Assembly (NCBI GenBank): GCA_900088475.1
Contig: FLMG01004102.1
Span: 5,058 to 69,057 of the forward strand
DNA from: Hyphochytrium catenoides
Lineage: Eukaryota; Protista; Hyphochytriomycota
Length of the DNA: 64,000 nt
Direction of reading: 5' to 3'
This document shows positions 60,432 through 64,000 of the stretch, in pieces. The notes under the pieces were generated by a model. It had not been told where the DNA came from. It did not search any database and saw only the letters and a list, made by a program, of their open reading frames with translations. The stretch's first letter is position 1, and each line of letters starts with the position of its first letter. The translations under genes and the position numbers were made by a program.

Positions 60432-62029
60432 TCAGGTTACCATCACGTCGACCGCGCGACGGAGATTATGAAGGAGGAGCTCGGCAAGCCGTTCGCACCG
60501 AAGTAAGAAGGTAAGACATTTGCACAGCGTAAATCGACAGATCTACGGAAAGAACGGAGTGAGTATCGCCAACCGGTTACCTGCAGGAGGGTGTGTCTGA
60601 GGTATGTCGGATCCTGGGTTCGACCCAGTCTTCCTATTGCTTTTAAGAAAACTTGCTCTTGATGCCTTTCTTTTAAAAGACTACGGCGGAATAAACCACA
60701 TGGTAAGCCTGTCGCCTCTTCACCGTTGCGAGCCAAAAGGCCAGTCACCTCTGAGAAGTGTTTCCTCTCCCCTTCTGATAACCGCTGCTCCTTGGATAGC
60801 TTGGCATCGGCCAGAAGTGTCATGGCATCCTCCGTAACGTGGCCAAATGCGGGCTACAGACGATCTCTCAGTGCTCAGGTGAGAATATAATAGCTCTCCA
60901 AACCACCTTACCGAATAGAAGTCATCACTCTCACTTCCCCGAGAAGGCTCGTCTGACTTAGGCGCAAAGAAGGAGCTGGGGGCTCTTGTGGGGTCCTCGA
61001 CGCAGGCATTGCAAGCGCGAAATACCTTATCCTTGACCACAACGCGGTTCGAGTAGCAGGCCTCACATACAGCCCTATCGCAGTGCCTGTCGAGTTGTGT
61101 GCTGGTTACAGCTACTGATAAGGAGGTATGATGTTTCCATGGCAGCAACACGGACCTGCATATTTTAAGGAGATCAAATGGCCGTTCAACCCCGCACAGA
61201 GCGCACTCTCCTTGCTGCAGCTGCCCAGTGGACGTAGTAACTCCGCTGTCGTTGGCTATGGCACTCATCATTCCAGAGAGTTAAACTTCCTACAAGGTCA
61301 TCTCCATCTCCCCGAGGCCCAGAAAGGGCATATCTATCAGGACGACGGTGCTGCTTTCTTGTGTATGACTTTACAATCACGCGCCGCAGCGTCACTTACG
61401 CTCAACATCCACCAAACCGAAGGCTCTGGCGCTTCGCTTTGGCCGCTCTTATGAGAGGCAGCGTGATGGGTGGCTTGTACATAGTATCATCACCGCCTCA
61501 TTAGTCGTCATCGCGATGGGGCTGATCTCTTCCTGACAAAGAGGAGTCCATAGTTCGACCAGCACAGATAAGAACGCGCAGAGGGAAAGTGGCACAAAAG
61601 ACATCTTATGTAAGATCCTGGGCAGGGCCTGTCTCTTCTGCTAGAGCAGGATTCGCATGTGCGTACGACGATGTTAAACGGAAAGGATGTACATACTCCA
61701 CATCCCAGAATCCGCGCTTTACTTCCACCACGTAGGCCATAATCTTTCTAGCCATATTCTTCATATGGGGAGCAACCTTCCCTTGGTCACAACGTGTTCG
61801 ATTCTGTGCTACGACTGTACTGTAAGAAATCCATGTGGCTGTGAACGGTAGCTGAGAGAGTGTACGACCAGCACGCGTACAACCTGGTCGAGCGTACAAC
61901 TACAGGCCTTGGAACTGGGGGAGCACTGGTGATGTGGGGAATCACCAGGGCCTTTCTTGCACCCGCTTTCTGGTACATCGTGGTCTTCGGCGTTCGTTGC
62001 TGAGAGATGGCCAGACAAAGATTGTCCAT
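60432..62029 (-). CDS. Hypothetical protein with FYVE-like Cys8 zinc finger
   Basis: After splicing: CALCGVERPFDLLKICRHCDRAVCEACYSNRVVVKDKVFRACNAC. Exon ends approximate. Confidence 0.6.
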
Positions 62030-62318
62030 CAGCGTCAGGGATGGTAGAGCTCTCCCTGCTGCTACGAGTACCGGCAGCGAAGAGGTGTCTTCTGCTTTCT
62101 TGGCAGCACTTTGAAAGCAGTGGCCAGCTAATGCCCTATCAGCCTATCAGCGTCCCTTTATAATTCTATACGCAGCCGAGGCTTTATGTCACTGGTTTAG
62201 GCTTGGAGAGTAGACACACAGCAGCCCTTGGCCAATAACTGCCAATCTCAGCGCCATACTCCATAGGAAGGGACTTCTTGCTTCTGGAGTTGTCATTCGA
62301 AAGGCGGGGTAAAGCGAC

Positions 62319-63264
62319 ATGTCATCAACCATATCGCCAGGTCCTGCTTTGCCAGCGGACCTATCCAAGAAGAAAAGTAAACGACGGAGAGACGAAGATG
62401 TAGACATTAAAATATCCAGTGGTGTAGACTACAGCGTTATACACACTGCGCCTGTAGAGGATGCCAGATTTGAGCGCCAGAAGAAAGCCAGGCAGGCCTC
62501 AAAGGAGGTACATTTCTTCCACAAGATAGATCTAGTTTCTTCGTCTGACCACTGCTGTCTACCTCAGCAACAGAGCGCTCCCGCGGCTCAAAATGTGTTA
62601 TTTGGTGCACCTGGAGCAGCGTCTGCGACCGTAGATGCACTGAGTCGAATGATGCTTGGGAAAGACGCCCGAACAATTGCAGACAAGATTAATGATCCGC
62701 ATCGTCCGACTTGGGAGCAGTACAAGAAAGAGAATAAAGACAAGCTTGACCTGGGTGGCGGAGAGAAGCAAATGATGGAATATAGAAAGAAGCTGGATGA
62801 AGAACGAGAAAAGGTAGGCTCTTTTCAGTGTTACCAGCTATGGGTCCAGAGCCTGCTCACCCCAGCTGACCCAAACACTAGGCACTGAGGAAAAGGAGTC
62901 AGTCAAAAAAGGATTCCAAGCGGTCTTCTAGTGACACCGAGGATAGCGATAGCGATAGAAAGAAGAGTTCGAAAAAGAAGACTAAGAGAAAGTATGTAGC
63001 CAGTATGCTACTTTATGTCCTAGGAGACCCTAAACCTTGCCCTGCAGGAAGAGTAAGGACAGGAAGAAGCGCAAGAAGCACAGAAGAGGCAGCGATGGCA
63101 GTGATGACAGTGATAGCTCCCAGGATGATCGGAAGTCTAGCAGGAAAAAGGGCAAAAAGAAATCGAAGGAGAAGAAAGACAAGTCAAAGTCTAAGGACGA
63201 CTCCTCACCAGTGAGACTTTCGTCCTTTTTCGCAGAAGGGTCCTCCTCGGAGTCTGAACGTTAA
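62319..63264 (+). CDS. FAM133-like K/S/D-rich nuclear protein
   Basis: DPHRPTWEQYKK..MMEYRKKLDEEREK followed by an S/K/D low-complexity tail; three GT-AG introns. Confidence 0.7.
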
Positions 63265-64000
63265 GACTTATAAGCCAACGATCCCTTTACATAGAAGCAA
63301 ATATATAGCCTTCCGCAGAAGCAGCCATCGGGCGCTGATTTGTTATGAGTGGAAGGCATGAGGCTTCAACACGTTTGGAGATGGATCTGGAGCTCCATTC
63401 TGAGCCGAAGACTGTAACAAAGTATCGCTGATGATCTTCTATGAATCAATTCTTATATCTTTTGCCATTATGAGAAGGTGCTACCGTTGAAAGGAGCACA
63501 TAGTCAATAGAATAGGTTATCCGAGCTTTTACTCCAGACACAAGTGATGAGGCCCCTAGTCAACTTGCCTACTTTGTTACCCTGGTGTTATGCAAGTAAA
63601 AAGAGGAGGGTGGGATGGCCCTGGAGGGCTTGACAGCTTCAACGTAAAGCCATGGCCATTACTTTTAAAAAAGCGCTGCCCAAGGGGTAGCCAGGATCCT
63701 CATTGTTTCTATTCTCACCCAATCTCCAGCAAAAGTGTGAGGTAACAATGGGTTGTGCATATGGAGAAGCTTCCCTGGCATTCGCTCCATTATAGGAAGG
63801 ATACCTTCGTGCTTGGGGACATGTCATTCTTGAATCCGTCATACCCAGCACGAAGATGACGTCAATCATGCACGTGGCTTAAGAAATGGATCTCAGCGGA
63901 TGACCACTGCCCAATGTCTCCGCGGAGCCACAGGTCTGCCGCCCATTGGCCCCGCTGCTGGTGGACGCGAATCTTCTTGCCAAGCCACTTCCATCGGTTC

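Noticed and set aside
63639-64000. 3' part of a minus-strand gene at the window edge
   Set aside because: An open frame exists, but it is too short and truncated to support a call.

Overview
Gene-dense, very intron-rich eukaryotic nuclear DNA (roughly 50% GC, mostly 45-150 nt introns with CTAAC/CTGAC branch sites, standard genetic code, two ~100-N scaffold gaps). It is most likely a flagellated stramenopile, inferred from a mitochondrially targeted PGAM, a PH-domain MAPK and ciliary genes. Splicing exons by hand gives about 24 genes: organellar GluRS, a METTL21/23-type methyltransferase, a large C2-like/coiled-coil/ankyrin protein, RECQ1, an Sfi1-repeat/SAM protein, rpS28, NF-YB, PGAM, a Mi-2/CHD3-type remodeler, SFT2, PP2C, FOR20, Bdp1, WDR92, a divergent actin, an MFS transporter, a SPIRAL1-like protein, a MAPK, a FYVE-like protein and a FAM133-like protein. 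The main result is that the apparently empty 57-60 kb stretch is a chain of small exons encoding a PH domain and a C2-like domain. These appear to be fused to a MAPK with an atypical SEY activation lip and DLG motif. Also notable are five GC-AG introns (four well supported, two at functionally sensitive positions) and a perfect Pol III B-box in intron 1 of Bdp1. I found no tRNA, rRNA, CRISPR array or recognisable transposon. All gene models are manual and unverified by transcripts.
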